A DNA stretch of 64,000 nt, from assembly GCA_964188305.1 (NCBI GenBank), contig OZ076885.1; one strand, given 5' to 3'. This document shows, piece after piece, positions 50,628 through 62,196 of this stretch; the first letter of the stretch is position 1, and every line of letters starts with the position of its first letter. This DNA comes from Podarcis bocagei. Taxonomy: Eukaryota. The notes below the pieces were generated by a model. That model was not told the DNA's origin and did not search any database. It worked only from the letters and a program-made list of their open reading frames with translations. The position numbers were made by a program, and so were the translations under genes.

Positions 50628-52575
50628 GCTCAGGGACTGCGCCGCTTCATTATCCACAGAGAAGGAGCATTTGTCAGTTAATTTACAAAGGGTTCCAAAG
50701 GGCCAGTCAGCTGTGTTGGGACAATCCCATTGAGAACGTACACTTTGAGTGGAAATGACAATCCTAAGTGGAAATAACTTTAACTGTCACATGCCAGCTG
50801 GGTATGCCTAAAGGAAGTAAGCTGGCTTTGCTGCTGCCAGCCAAGATACTGGCCAGCTTGCCTAACCCAGCAGATGAGTTTGCATTGAGAAGTAAGCAAC
50901 ACTTGCTCCCTGCCCAGCAGTAGATGGCTCTAGAGCAAAAGAAGAGTCAAAGGCAGCAACAATTCAAGCAAGGGAGTAATTAGGTGGAGCACAGAGTGAA
51001 CAAATGGAATAGAAAGAAAATGACTTGTCCAGAGCTGTTAATAACTAGTAAGAATGCCGCTGTAGGTGCATGTGTAACGTTTACTGCATATCACCAGGAA
51101 GTTAGAGGTCATAATGGAATATTAAATGACATTTAATTATGGGACTGCGGCTCAATAACAGCCCGGAAGGCAAGAGGGGGGTATTATGAGCAGATAGTCT
51201 AAAAGAAGCAGTGTAATGGAATCTTAAATTTTAAAACTGCATTAAATTTCCCTTCAATAGATTCTAGCCAGCAGTCACAATAAAATTAAAGTAGAAGGCT
51301 CCCATATCTGTATTTAAACGGGATTAAAACTGAACAAATGACTTTTCTACAGGAATGAGCCTGGCAGATGTAGTGAAGCAAATGTGTATTAATAGCAGTA
51401 TAGTCTTAGAAAGTGCTGTTGCGGTAGTGTTGACCTATCAGTGTCCGCTAAAGGCAGAAGGATCATCTAGAGAGCCCTAGTGAGAGAGCAGAGCATTGCA
51501 GGATAATTCTTAGGAATTAACATTTGCCAGGCCTTTTCCTGAGACATAATGTAGCAGCTATAATGAAGTCTGTTGAGGCAGCATATGATAATACTTTGCA
51601 TTACCTTTCAAATGTATATTTCAAGTATATCTTTTTTTATTTAAAAAATGTGTTCAAAGGAGCTTAATGTAATCTCAGTAATCCTTTGGTGGCCTTGGAC
51701 GATAGACCAGTTTTATGCCCCTGTTTTAGAAGGTAAGCTGACCTGACAGAATAGTGGCTTGTCTAAAGGTATGTGGTAAATTTGTGGCTCAGGTAGGATT
51801 TGATCACATTATTAGCCACTGTCTCATACTCACATGCTAGAACCCAGTCATGTAGCATATAATACCTATGTGTTAGGACTTTGCCTTGGGTTCTGAGTAA
51901 TCTGTATCCAGCCCCTAGGAACTGAACCCTAGCCAGCCTCTAGGAACTGAACCCATGCTCCTGAACCAGGTACATTATTTCTGTACGTTGGTTCAGTGTT
52001 GAGGTTTCCCCATCCTATCCCTGTCACTTGGATTCTGACTATTCCACTGATGGTTTAGGAATAGTGAGGGTTGTGGGTTGGACTTGGACTGGGGAGACCT
52101 GGAGTTCAGTCTCTGCTCATCCACAAAGCTCTTTGGGTTGCATATCACTGGGTGGAATCCATCTGTTGCTCATGCGCTCACAGAAGAGCTCTTGATTTAG
52201 CGGAGGTGTGTCCACCAGCAAAAGAGGAGAGCAGGCAATTCCCCACCCCCTGCTACCTGCAGGTAAAAGTGTTCTCTGAAAATCTGTTCCAGATTGTTGG
52301 GGGACCCTCCAGAACAGGGGGGAAAGTGGTATGCAAGTCTACATGAAGACAGTGGAATCAACAGAGATCCCCTCACCCTTTTCATTAGCTGATGCCTTGA
52401 TCCAAAGCTCTTCTTTCAATGCAAGGGCACTTGTTAGATTTCACCACCTCTCAGCCTTACGTTAAAGGATGAAATGAGAACATCTCATTTATGCCAGCTT
52501 GAACTCAGCTGGGGGCAAGGTGGAGGTAAAATGTAGCAACTGAATAAGGCACTATGACGAAGCTACAGGAATAGC

Positions 52576-53130
52576 TTGGCCTCAGTAATCCATGCTCTGA
52601 TAACCTTTCATTTTTATTCCTGCGATACATACTATGCAGGGCTGCCCTTGAAGACCACTTGGAAATTGCAGCTGCTCCGAAATGTTGTGGTTCATCTCTT
52701 GAGCAGAGTCTCCAGTCAGAATAATTTTTCTCCAGTTCTTAAATATTTGCAGTTGTTTCCAATCCATTTCCACTCTGAATTCAAAGTTTTACAAATGGCA
52801 TAAAAAGCCCTGGATTACTTGCATGAGGGAAAGCCTCTTCCGGTATGTGGCAGTCCAGGGAGTTCAGATCCTCTATGGAGGCTCTCCTTAATGTCCTAAC
52901 CTTGGGAATTACACGTAGGCAATCCTTTCCCCTGGCAGCATCCCTGCTCTGGAATGCCTTCCCATCCACTGTTTAATCTGTCTGTTTGTTTGGAGCTTTG
53001 GCCTGCTTAATGTGAAACTGTTCACGTCCTGTTTTTATTGTGCTTTGCTGTGACTTTAAATGAGATTACTTTGTCTTATTGAATATCATTGTTGCCTGCC
53101 CAGAGAATGTTTGGATGTAGAGCAGGAGAT
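52576..53130 (+). mobile_element. L2 LINE ORF2 3' fragment and UTR
   Basis: VIHALITFHFYSCDTYYAGLPLKTTWKLQLLRNVVVHLL...PVLKYLQLFPIHFHSEFKVL is a decayed L2 motif (HALITSRLDYCN..GLP..KLQLVQNAAARLL..HWLP). Confidence 0.8.
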
Positions 53131-53606
53131 CAATGAAACTAAGTACAGTACGTAGATAGAAATCTAGTTGTTCTATGAGATGCAGTGACATTGCTCTTCA
53201 TGCGCTTAAAGAATTGCTGTAGTTTAAAGGGACAGGATCCTTTCAGAACAAACCTTGGTTACAGCTTAATGTGCCGCAACAGGAAACAGCATGTCCAGGA
53301 GCACACACGTTTGTGTGATTCCGCTCAACCAAATAGTGGCTTTGTATCATCCCTTTGTGCGCAAGTGGAAGGATTTTCCACTAATGCACAGGGGGGTAAG
53401 GTGCTGGATCTGCCCTGAGCGCCTATTCTCAGGAATTGGCAAAACAAGAACTCAGAATTCTGATTCTGGTAGTGCTTAGCCTTTGGAAATATTTCCCATA
53501 TCTTAGTTTATGTGAAAATGCATATGTTTCATTTTGAAAGTATCTGTGCGCCATAGAATGGGATCACACTTGGTGACAGCTGATCTGCTTTTCCTTCCGG
53601 TGCTAG

Positions 53607-53741
53607 ATTGCCTATGCTGCAGTGGACTGTGCCAAAGAACAGAACCACGACCTGTGTAAGCAGGAAGGTGTGGATGGTTACCCAACCTTTAACTACTACA
53701 ACTATGGAAAATTTATAGAAAAATATAACGGAGACAGAGGG
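53607..53741 (+). CDS. PDIA5: PDIA5 penultimate coding exon (135 bp)
   Basis: Acceptor ttccttccggtgctAG and donor GTaagt. Translates as IAYAAVDCAKEQNHDLCKQEGVDGYPTFNYYNYGKFIEKYNGDRG. Confidence 0.97.
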
Positions 53742-56700
53742 GTAAGTACATGGTGCTGTTCTAAAAGATGTACTGGTGTGGGGAGGGGGTATCTTTTTTA
53801 AGTGGTTTCATCAGCAAACAGTAAAATCACCACCAGCAACAACAGGGACATAATACAGAGCCAGTTATTTTGCCAATGAGTTTAATGCTTCCATTATAAA
53901 TTCCTCATGACTGTGTCACCTTATTCCACACATAATGCATGCATTTAGCATCTGGAATTAACTCAGTAGAAAATTTTGGAGGCTTTTATTTTGAGTCTTA
54001 TAATTTATTAAAAATTTAGCACTAATGAAAATGCAAAAATTGAATGTCTGCCAATTCCACATCAACTCCTAGCCAATGTAGTGCAGAAGCTGTTCCAATG
54101 GGCTCTCCATATTCATTAGGAATCTAAGCCTTTGGTTGCCCTGTACACATTTGGAAATTCACTACACACAGCCAAATGATAATAGATTGTTTGTTGGTTT
54201 TGTTTTGTGACCTAAACCCACATTTTCTGGGCAGTTTGCACTGGTCACCTTTAGCTTGTGACCTTGATGTCTCCTTACATTTCAGGTTTTGCAGAGATGG
54301 ATTATTAGCAGTTCACTTGTATCTTGAAATGGAGGAGACAAAAGTTTACCAGCTACTCAAGAATGCTCAGTTTAAAGGTCCATAGCTAGGTTATTAACAA
54401 TTGCCTGGAGAAGATGGGGACCTAATGTGAAAGATTGTTTTGTATATTAATATGGCCGGTAAACGTTGTTGAGAAACATTTGGCTGCAATATTATTGCTG
54501 CTGGTACAAAAAATCTGTAGATATATAGAAAGAGAGGATTTGTGGTACGATCCTGTGGGTCTTCGTTGAGCCTTTTTACAGGTTGTTCATGTGGGAATTC
54601 TGTCAGGATAACACCTCCACAATTTGATCCTTAATGAACTAAGCCATTCTGTAAACTTTGTTATGGATCAAGTGTTGTGCTTTGCTTTTAGAATGAAGCT
54701 TTATCCGCCGAAATATAAATAAGAGGGAATTGAGTTTAAGCCATCTCTTTGGCTTTATAAATGCGCTTACAAAAGTAAAGGGATTTATGAAAACCAACAG
54801 ATCTTGTTTGTTTGGCTAAGGAAGAAAAAAACAAGTATACACTTGCTCTTTCAAAATCACACTTTGGGGTGGGGAATCTGGCTAGTTGTCCTAGTGTTCA
54901 ATTGTCCTTTTCATTTCTTAACATCTGAGTTAGCACAGAGTGCCTCTGCATCTTCATTCTCTCAATTACTAGCAGAGGGCTGCCTCCCTCTACCCAGCTG
55001 GAACTTGTGTGCTCAGAGTAGACTGTAACTGCCAAGTGCTTACTGGGAAATTGGAGATTTTGTTAAATCCTTCGTTAGTTTAAAAATATTTCCATTTGTG
55101 GCGATGAGCAACTTGCCTTCCCCCCAATCTCTTTCCTCCTAGGCCAACATTTCAGCTTATGTTAGGTAGTGTTATCCCTGTTGAGAGTCTAACAGTGCAT
55201 CTTTGGTACAGCAGCAAACTGCTAATATACTGTCATTGTACTCATATGTTGCAAGGCTGTATTTATTACATTGCAAATAAAGATACAATCTCTTACTAGC
55301 TCTCATTTTAAAAAAGTAGTCTGGGCTTCTCATATGCAGTGAAAGAGAATGTTCCCTGTGAAGTCAGTGGGACTCATGGCACTCACTTTGGCTCCAAAGA
55401 GGTATCTTGCTTTAGGCACAGGGCAGGCCCAGTAGAATATTTATCTGAGGTCTTTCAACCATTCAGAATAGATTTAAGATAGGTGTAGGAGGAAGGGGAA
55501 ATCGCTGAAAATTACATTCCTGGTTGTTTTGCTGATGAATTCCTTCTCTCAGTCACCACTAGATACCACCCCCAGTCTTTGAGCCACAGGCCCCATATCG
55601 TACAGCAGTATTAATGGTCCCTTCAGTTTTAAAAGTAATAATTGACCATGTGATGGTGGCTGCTGTTCAATAAATCCATGCACCTAAACTTCTTTGGATC
55701 CCAGACTGCTTCTACACTGCAGTGAGCCTGGAGAAAGGCAGATAACAGACCAATGCAATGTTACTGTGTTGAAAACAGGACCTGCTAAACACATCTTGAA
55801 GTGGAGCACTAAAAAGGAGTGGGGGGGCTTATTTTAATTGTGGTTATAGATCCTTTTCAACAGTTACTTGGGTATTGGACATTTTGTTAGAAATGGAGAA
55901 AGAAACATCACACACAGCTTCACTGGGCTGGATAATGTGTTTCGGATAACACTTGTAATAGCAGGTACATTGCTAATCAAAAGCTAGTTCTTTGGGGTGT
56001 TTACTAGGATCTCAAATTTCGCAACTAGTGGTGCGGAACATTCTGAATTAAAATTGACAGATGCAGCCGACAGAATAGCAGTGGTTCCATTCCCTCTGCA
56101 TCATGTGCCCAAATAGATCAGATGAGTTGTCAGGTCTAATCTAAAGCCCTTGGAAATTAATGGAAAAGCTTACAGACTTCTGTGGTAGTTTGGCTCAAAC
56201 TCTCACTGTTTTGGGAGCATGACCTCATTATTTTGATCACTTACAAAGAGACAATATGCTGCAGATTAAAGGCACAGTTCTTTGCTGCAGAATTCTCACA
56301 GACATGGCAGAATAATAGCAGAACTCCCCTGCCCTGCAAATTTCATGTTCATTTTTAGTAATGACTTGTTTCAGAATGTGGTTACACCCTTCAAGTATTT
56401 TCACATTGGGGAGCCTTCACAAGGCGGTTTAATCATCTGATGAGTTTAGCTGGAAGCTTTTCCTTGTAATGATTATTCCATCTCAAAAATGGCTCGGCAG
56501 CAGAGGAAGCTTTTAAGAGGGGACTGAGATAATGAAGGACATATGACCAGGTGTGGGCAGTGTGGGGACTGAACTGTGAGATTACCACTCTGAGGAAGGA
56601 AGCTTATACAGTTGCTAGTGGTGGAGGCAGGAGGCTTTTGAAAATAGTGAGCCAAGACCAAGAGCGGGTGTTAGCAGACTGGAATTGGGGGACGTTGTGT

Positions 56701-57056
56701 GGCAACAGTGAGCCAGGGGAAAGGAAGTCAGTAGCAGCAGTGTGCACCATGCATCCTTCACATAGCTGTGTCCACTTAGGATTCTGGAAGAGTGATGAAG
56801 TACTTAACTCCCACTCTGACCCCATCCATCCATTCAGAGGAACCATGATGCTGTAGAGTGTTTATTTTACTTAAGGGAAGTGTTCAGTTTGTGACCAAAT
56901 GGTCACTTGTCATATAAATACAAGGACCTGCCTTACCTGCCCCTTTTACCTCTGCCTGCACTACTGCATGCCCATTTGCCTGTAGAAGATGCGTTGGAGT
57001 CCTGTGTTCCAGTTTCACTGTGCAACCAATGCCTTTCTTTACCTCTCACATTCTAG

Positions 57057-57137
57057 GAGTCTGGATTCTCGACTTTCATGCGGACGCTCAGAGAACGGGA
57101 TCATGAAAAGATAGGGAAGAGGAAAGATGAGTTGTAA
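57057..57137 (+). CDS. PDIA5: PDIA5 last coding exon, ending in the ER-retrieval signal KDEL
   Basis: Acceptor ctctcacattctAG. Translates as ESGFSTFMRTLRERDHEKIGKRKDEL followed by TAA. Confidence 0.97.
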   Translation, partial: ESGFSTFMRTLRERDHEKIGKRKDEL

Positions 57138-57279
57138 TTTCTGCCTCACATGATGATTTCCACTGCACTGTGAATGGTCTCAGGGCCACTGGTACAATGC
57201 CTGGGATTCCACATCTTTTTAAAAAGAGAGACTTTGGTTTTTTTTACAAACAGCCATTTGCCATTTTGTACAATTTTGA

Positions 57280-57321
57280 AATAAAGTGAGATCATTTGAT
57301 TTTTAAAAGGAAAAAAATAAA
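57280..57321 (+). terminator. Candidate proximal polyadenylation signals of PDIA5
   Basis: AATAAA at 57280-57285 and 57316-57321, about 140-180 nt after the stop. Further AATAAA occur at 58473 and 58645. Usage cannot be determined from sequence. Confidence 0.5.
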
Positions 57322-59002
57322 TGACATCATTGTTGCCATATTCTGTTATGGAAAACGAAAAGAAGAGCGTTTTCTCTCCATTTGATGCACCTATGCCCAT
57401 TTGATACTCCTATGCAATCTTTTTTGTAATCTGTAGGTTTGATAGTGATTTCCCCCTGACAAGGTGATTTCTGCATTTTTTTTAATTTTTGAAGAATATT
57501 ATATGTGAAATGGCTTTTAAAAATTGGAGGATGAGGATGAAAGGAAGGTGCAATGGATCCATCAGGAGTAGGTTCCATGGAAACAGACAGAGCTTTGTGG
57601 TCCCAGTGGACTCTGCCCCAAGCCTCTTCAGGTGCAGTTATAGCACTTGTGTGCACAGCACTTAATTCAGGAACCAGGTGAGATTAAGTGCACTTTCAGT
57701 CCTTATAGTCCACGTACTAAGCAGACATCAGCCTGCACTGCTCACTCCTGCTCTGCATGGCTAATCGGACATCTGCCAGAACAGGGTAGTGTGTGGAGTC
57801 TGAATGACAGATCTGCCACAATTATCACACAAGCATCTTTTGTAAGTGGGGCCTTTTCCAAGAACAGTGTGTGTGCATTTCTAGTTGTGCTCAGCAGTGC
57901 CAAACTGGTAGGACGACTAGTTGTGACTGGGGCATGCTCTTGCGGTCTTGCTAGGTTACACTTCCTTCCTAGAAAGATGGGGGGGCAATTTTTAAGGTGC
58001 TCAGGGATAATAGGTAAATAATGAAGAAGCATTGATTGGCCATTTCAGATCTTAATTGACTGTAGTGGTGGTTTTTGTTTTGTTTTTGTTTTTTTAATCT
58101 GCCGTACTGTTTACATATCTTTATAGAATGTGTGGGTTATTTCAAACAAATGTCTCTGCATTCGGCACATATCAAGCACCGAATGTCTCTCAGTGTATGT
58201 GTTTGCTCTCACGTTGTCCAATGCTCCTGTAAGCATAGGAGTGGTGTAGTGCAGGTATAAATAAGGTTCTACTTAATTTATGATCTGACCATAGGAACTG
58301 CGTATTTGCTAAGCATTCCATTTGACTGTTGACAGAGGCACTGATATTTTTGATATGAAGAAACATCATGCAACAATACTTGTTTACGTTCCAAAGGCTT
58401 GTCTATGTGAGTTAACTACAAAAGGAAAGTATAATTTTTTTAGAATTCTATAGAAGCAAGTTGTGCTTTAAAAATAAATAAATTGTTTAGCCCCTGTCAG
58501 TGATGTAAGAAAATAACAGCATTACTAGAACTAGCTTTTAAAAGTCCGTAATTATGTGCAGATTCTGTGAGGTGAGGGTGATCTGGACATTGTGTCTCCA
58601 TGGGATTTATTATATTTTTTGTGATTTCCAATTTGATCAAAAAGAATAAAAGATTGAAAATATGCTCTAATTGCTGCCTTTATTCAACATTTTGTAGGCC
58701 AGATTGCCTGAAGCTGCTGTGCTGGTGACTAAAAACCATTTCTTCTAGCCATTCTCGCTAGCCACACAGGAAAGGTAAAGCATCTCCAGTCTCCGCTTCG
58801 AGTCCCTGTGGGGAAAGAACAAAAGTCTCCTTGCCACTGTCTTGCCTAATTGTTAAGGCAAGTTACAAGTAACAAAAGAGTCTTTGTAATGCTGTTTCTC
58901 TTGACTCCTCTGCTCCATCTGGTGGAAGATGCAGATAAATTCGGGAAATCTGTAATGAAATAAAACCCACAGCCTCTCTCCCTGGGCTACTTCTTGCCAG
59001 TA

Positions 59003-59153
59003 CATAGATTTGCAGAATTCTAAAGTTGGAAGGGAACACAAGGGTCATCTAGTCCAACCCGCTGCTATGCAGGAATATTTTTGCCCAACGTGGGGCTGAG
59101 CCCCACAACCCTGAGATTAAGAGTCTCATGCTCTACCAACCAAGCTATCCTGC
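59003..59153 (-). mobile_element. SINE with a tRNA-Lys(CTT)-derived head and a CR1-type 3' tail
   Basis: Minus strand GGATAGCTTGGTTGGTAGAGCATGAGACTCTTAATCTCAGGGTTGTGGGGCTCAGCCCCACGTTGGGC, followed by GGGTTGGACTAGATGACC...CCCTTCCAAC (CR1 3' end). Confidence 0.8.
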
Positions 59154-59907
59154 AGGAAATAACAAGCTGTAGAAGAGTACATAGGTGCATGGGAAGTGAT
59201 TATAGCCCATTGGTTAACTGAAATCTGGTGTTCTTCCTTACAACCTTGTAGAAACTTCTCAAGTGCAAGCAGAGGCACTGTAGGCCACCTGAAGAGGTTC
59301 TGTGAGATGGGTTCTGCTTGAGGCTCACCTATAGAAAGATCAGGGTTTTAAAGGAATGTTCCTTCCTTCATAATAGTCTCAGCTCCATCAAAGGAGATAA
59401 AATTTCCCTTACTTCACTCCATCAATCTGGGGTGTCCATTAGCAATGAAAGTTGGATCTAGCAACTCTAACAAACTTGCTGGAATACTTATAGGATTCAT
59501 GCATAGAAAAGGGGCAGTAGTGGTACAGATATGACCCACATACACTGTCACTTTTGAATATAGTATGCGTAAAACGACATGTATTAAGCTGAGAGTGTCA
59601 CTGGAGTATTCTCAGTGAAGAAACAATCTCTACTCACTGTCTGCTTGATCTTGCTTCTTTTCACTCTTGTTCGGGCTCCACGTTTTCTCTGCTGTGGATT
59701 CTCACTTTTTAACAAGCTACCAGTGGCCTGGTTTTCCTCTTATGTATTCCTTTGAATGCTCGCGAGCAGGGAGGTCTGCATTGATGACCTGCTGTAAAGC
59801 ACAGTTGTTGTTCAGGTGATCTACAGCTGAAAGGGGAAGTGTGGGGGGGGGGTCATCCTTCCCACCTGGACATTTAGCAAAGTTATGTGTTTAAGTGCCG
59901 CTGACAT

Positions 59908-60110
59908 CAAGAACATCAGAGCCCTGCTGGATCAGGGCTCAAGCCCATGAGCCCAGAGTCCTGTTCTTACAGTAGCCAGCCAGATGCCTACAATAAGCCT
60001 GCAGGCAGGACCTGAGGACAACAGCATCATCCCCATGCGTGATTCCCAGCAAATAGATTTGGAAGCACCCTACCGCCCAACAGTGGCGCTGCAACATTCC
60101 CATCATGGTT
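59908..60110 (-). mobile_element. CR1-like LINE 3' fragment
   Basis: AAGAACATCAGAGCCCTGCTGGATCAG...GCCAGCCAGATGCC resembles the reverse complement of reptile CR1 3' ends. Confidence 0.55.
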
Positions 60111-60167
60111 CCTTGAATATATTCAATTAAACTCAATGGGAATAATGCTTAATTTTAGTTTGTTTGT

Positions 60168-60170
<3 letters not shown>

Positions 60171-60229
<59 letters not shown>

Positions 60230-60230
60230 T
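60171..60230. repeat. (CT)n(GT)n compound microsatellite
   Basis: Directly visible. Confidence 0.95.
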
Positions 60231-61847
60231 GGTGCTTTGCCAGACTTATTAAATCATATGTGATTTTCTCCTGGCCTTCGCTCTGTTAGTGAAACACTAA
60301 CTCTCAAAACAGTGTGCTTTTGTGCTGCCGAGGGAGACTGTGGGAGGAGACCTCACAGGAGTTCCCACTCCGCTTTTCATTCTCAATGCACTTCCTGCTT
60401 TTTCTCTGGCCCAATTATTGCTTCTGTGTATTTGGCACTCATTAATCTGCTGGAGCCCCTGCTATGTAATCAGTGAATGATGATAGGGTGATTTGCCTTG
60501 TGTGGTAGTAAGCTTGTTAACCATAACATAAATCTAAGCAATGGTTCCATGCCAAACAGGTTCTTTTATTAGACTCCGCATGAACTTTCCTATTAGCCAG
60601 ACAATTAGCTGTCTGGAAAATGAATGGTGTTTCTCCCCCCACCCTTCTTTTCTCTATAGAACCTGTCCTTACCACTTAGTACTATCTTCATTTTTCCTTT
60701 CTGTTGTTCTTAGGCTAATGTAGTTGTGAGTAGAGATGGACAGATCACTATTTCCAGTCTGGGACAGTTTCACACGTGTTCATTCCTATGTCCGTAAGTC
60801 CATTCAGACATGTTTCCACACTATATTTCCATTTTTAAACCACATGAAAAATCTGCATTTTATGTAAAGTATGTATCCAAAAATAACTCCTTTAACCTAA
60901 AATGCACATTTTAAAATGTATTTTGGTACTTTTCCCAAGTGAGAACTGCAACACAAAAAATCAGAGAAAGCTGTTCTGACCCATATATTAGTTTGGGAAG
61001 TGCTGTTAGGATTGTTTGATTTAAAATGGGGACAGAACAAAATGCACAATGGTCCCTACTTGTGGTATTTAAGTTTCAAGGGAGTTCCACTTCTGTGCTA
61101 TAGCAGCAACAAATCCTTCTCTTTGTGGCTTGATGATATTGGCACTTAGGAGCCATAAAGTAGGACTGACAGCTGGCCAACATTTCACTGGCTGAGTGAG
61201 CATTTAATCCTCCTTGCCAGTTGCCAGAATGGAAGGCAGAAAATAACTATGGTTGAATCGAGGTGTGTTCACCTACAAATGGACTGGTTCCTTCCATTTG
61301 CACAAATGACTGAGATACAGTGAAGGCCCTACCACAAGAGGGATGGAGGTAATTTGCCCTAGTATTATCTGGGGTTTTTTTATTTGTTGGTTTCTTTATC
61401 AAATTTCTATTCTGCACTTCCTCCCAAAAGAGTCCCCATGTCACCTCCCACATGGAGGGTCCCCCAGTCACCCACAGCAGCTTTCCTGGGGGTTTACAAA
61501 CAGGAGGAATCTGCACAATTCACCTTCCTCCCCTTCAGCATGTGGGGAGCATCCCATGAGCACAACTCTGTTCATGGTTAGTCTGGATTAAACTGAATAA
61601 GCCCAGTGGTTTCATTGTAGACCCTTCCTTCCTCCTTTCTTCCCTTCCTTGAAACAAATATGACACTCTTGTAGGAAATATTCTGCATATACATGAAGAC
61701 ATACTCCTTAAAATGAATTTCTTTGGACGGAAGCTTCCTACAAATCTGACAGAAGAGAAAAGGCACATAGTCCTTTAAAGAAAAAAAAGTTCCCTTTAGG
61801 AAAAACTTGTGCATGTGTTGAGAGGCAGTCAGATGGAAGTACCAGGA

Positions 61848-61891
61848 GATAGATAGATTATAGGTAGGTAGGTAGGTAGGTAGGTAGGTAG
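61848..61891. repeat. (GATA)n/(GGTA)n tetranucleotide repeat
   Basis: Directly visible. Confidence 0.9.
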
Positions 61892-61954
61892 TTCTGTATG
61901 TATGTATTTAAGGAGCAAGCACTGGAAATTGTTTTATATGAAAAGATACAAATA

Positions 61955-62196
61955 CAGTGGTACCTCAGGTTAAGTACTTTATTCGTTCCGGAGGTCCGTT
62001 CTTAACCTGAAACTGTTCTTAACCTGAAGCACCACTTTAGCTAATGGGGCCTCCCGCTGCTGCTGCGCCACCGGAGCACGATTTCTGTTCTCATCCTGAA
62101 GCAAAGTTCTTAACCTGAGGTACTATTTCTGGGTTAGCAGAGTCTGTAATCTGAAGCATCTGTAACCTGAAGCGTATGTAACCCGAGGTACCACTG
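61955..62196. mobile_element. Tigger/pogo-like MITE (242 bp), copy C, inverted relative to 12227-12468
   Basis: TIRs CAGTGGTACCTC...GAGGTACCACTG with TA TSD. The reverse complement aligns end to end with copy A. Confidence 0.92.

Noticed and set aside
59082-59153. Functional tRNA-Lys gene
   Set aside because: The T-loop/B box is mutated (GGGCTCAG instead of GTTCGAG), the D arm is altered, and it is fused to a CR1 tail.
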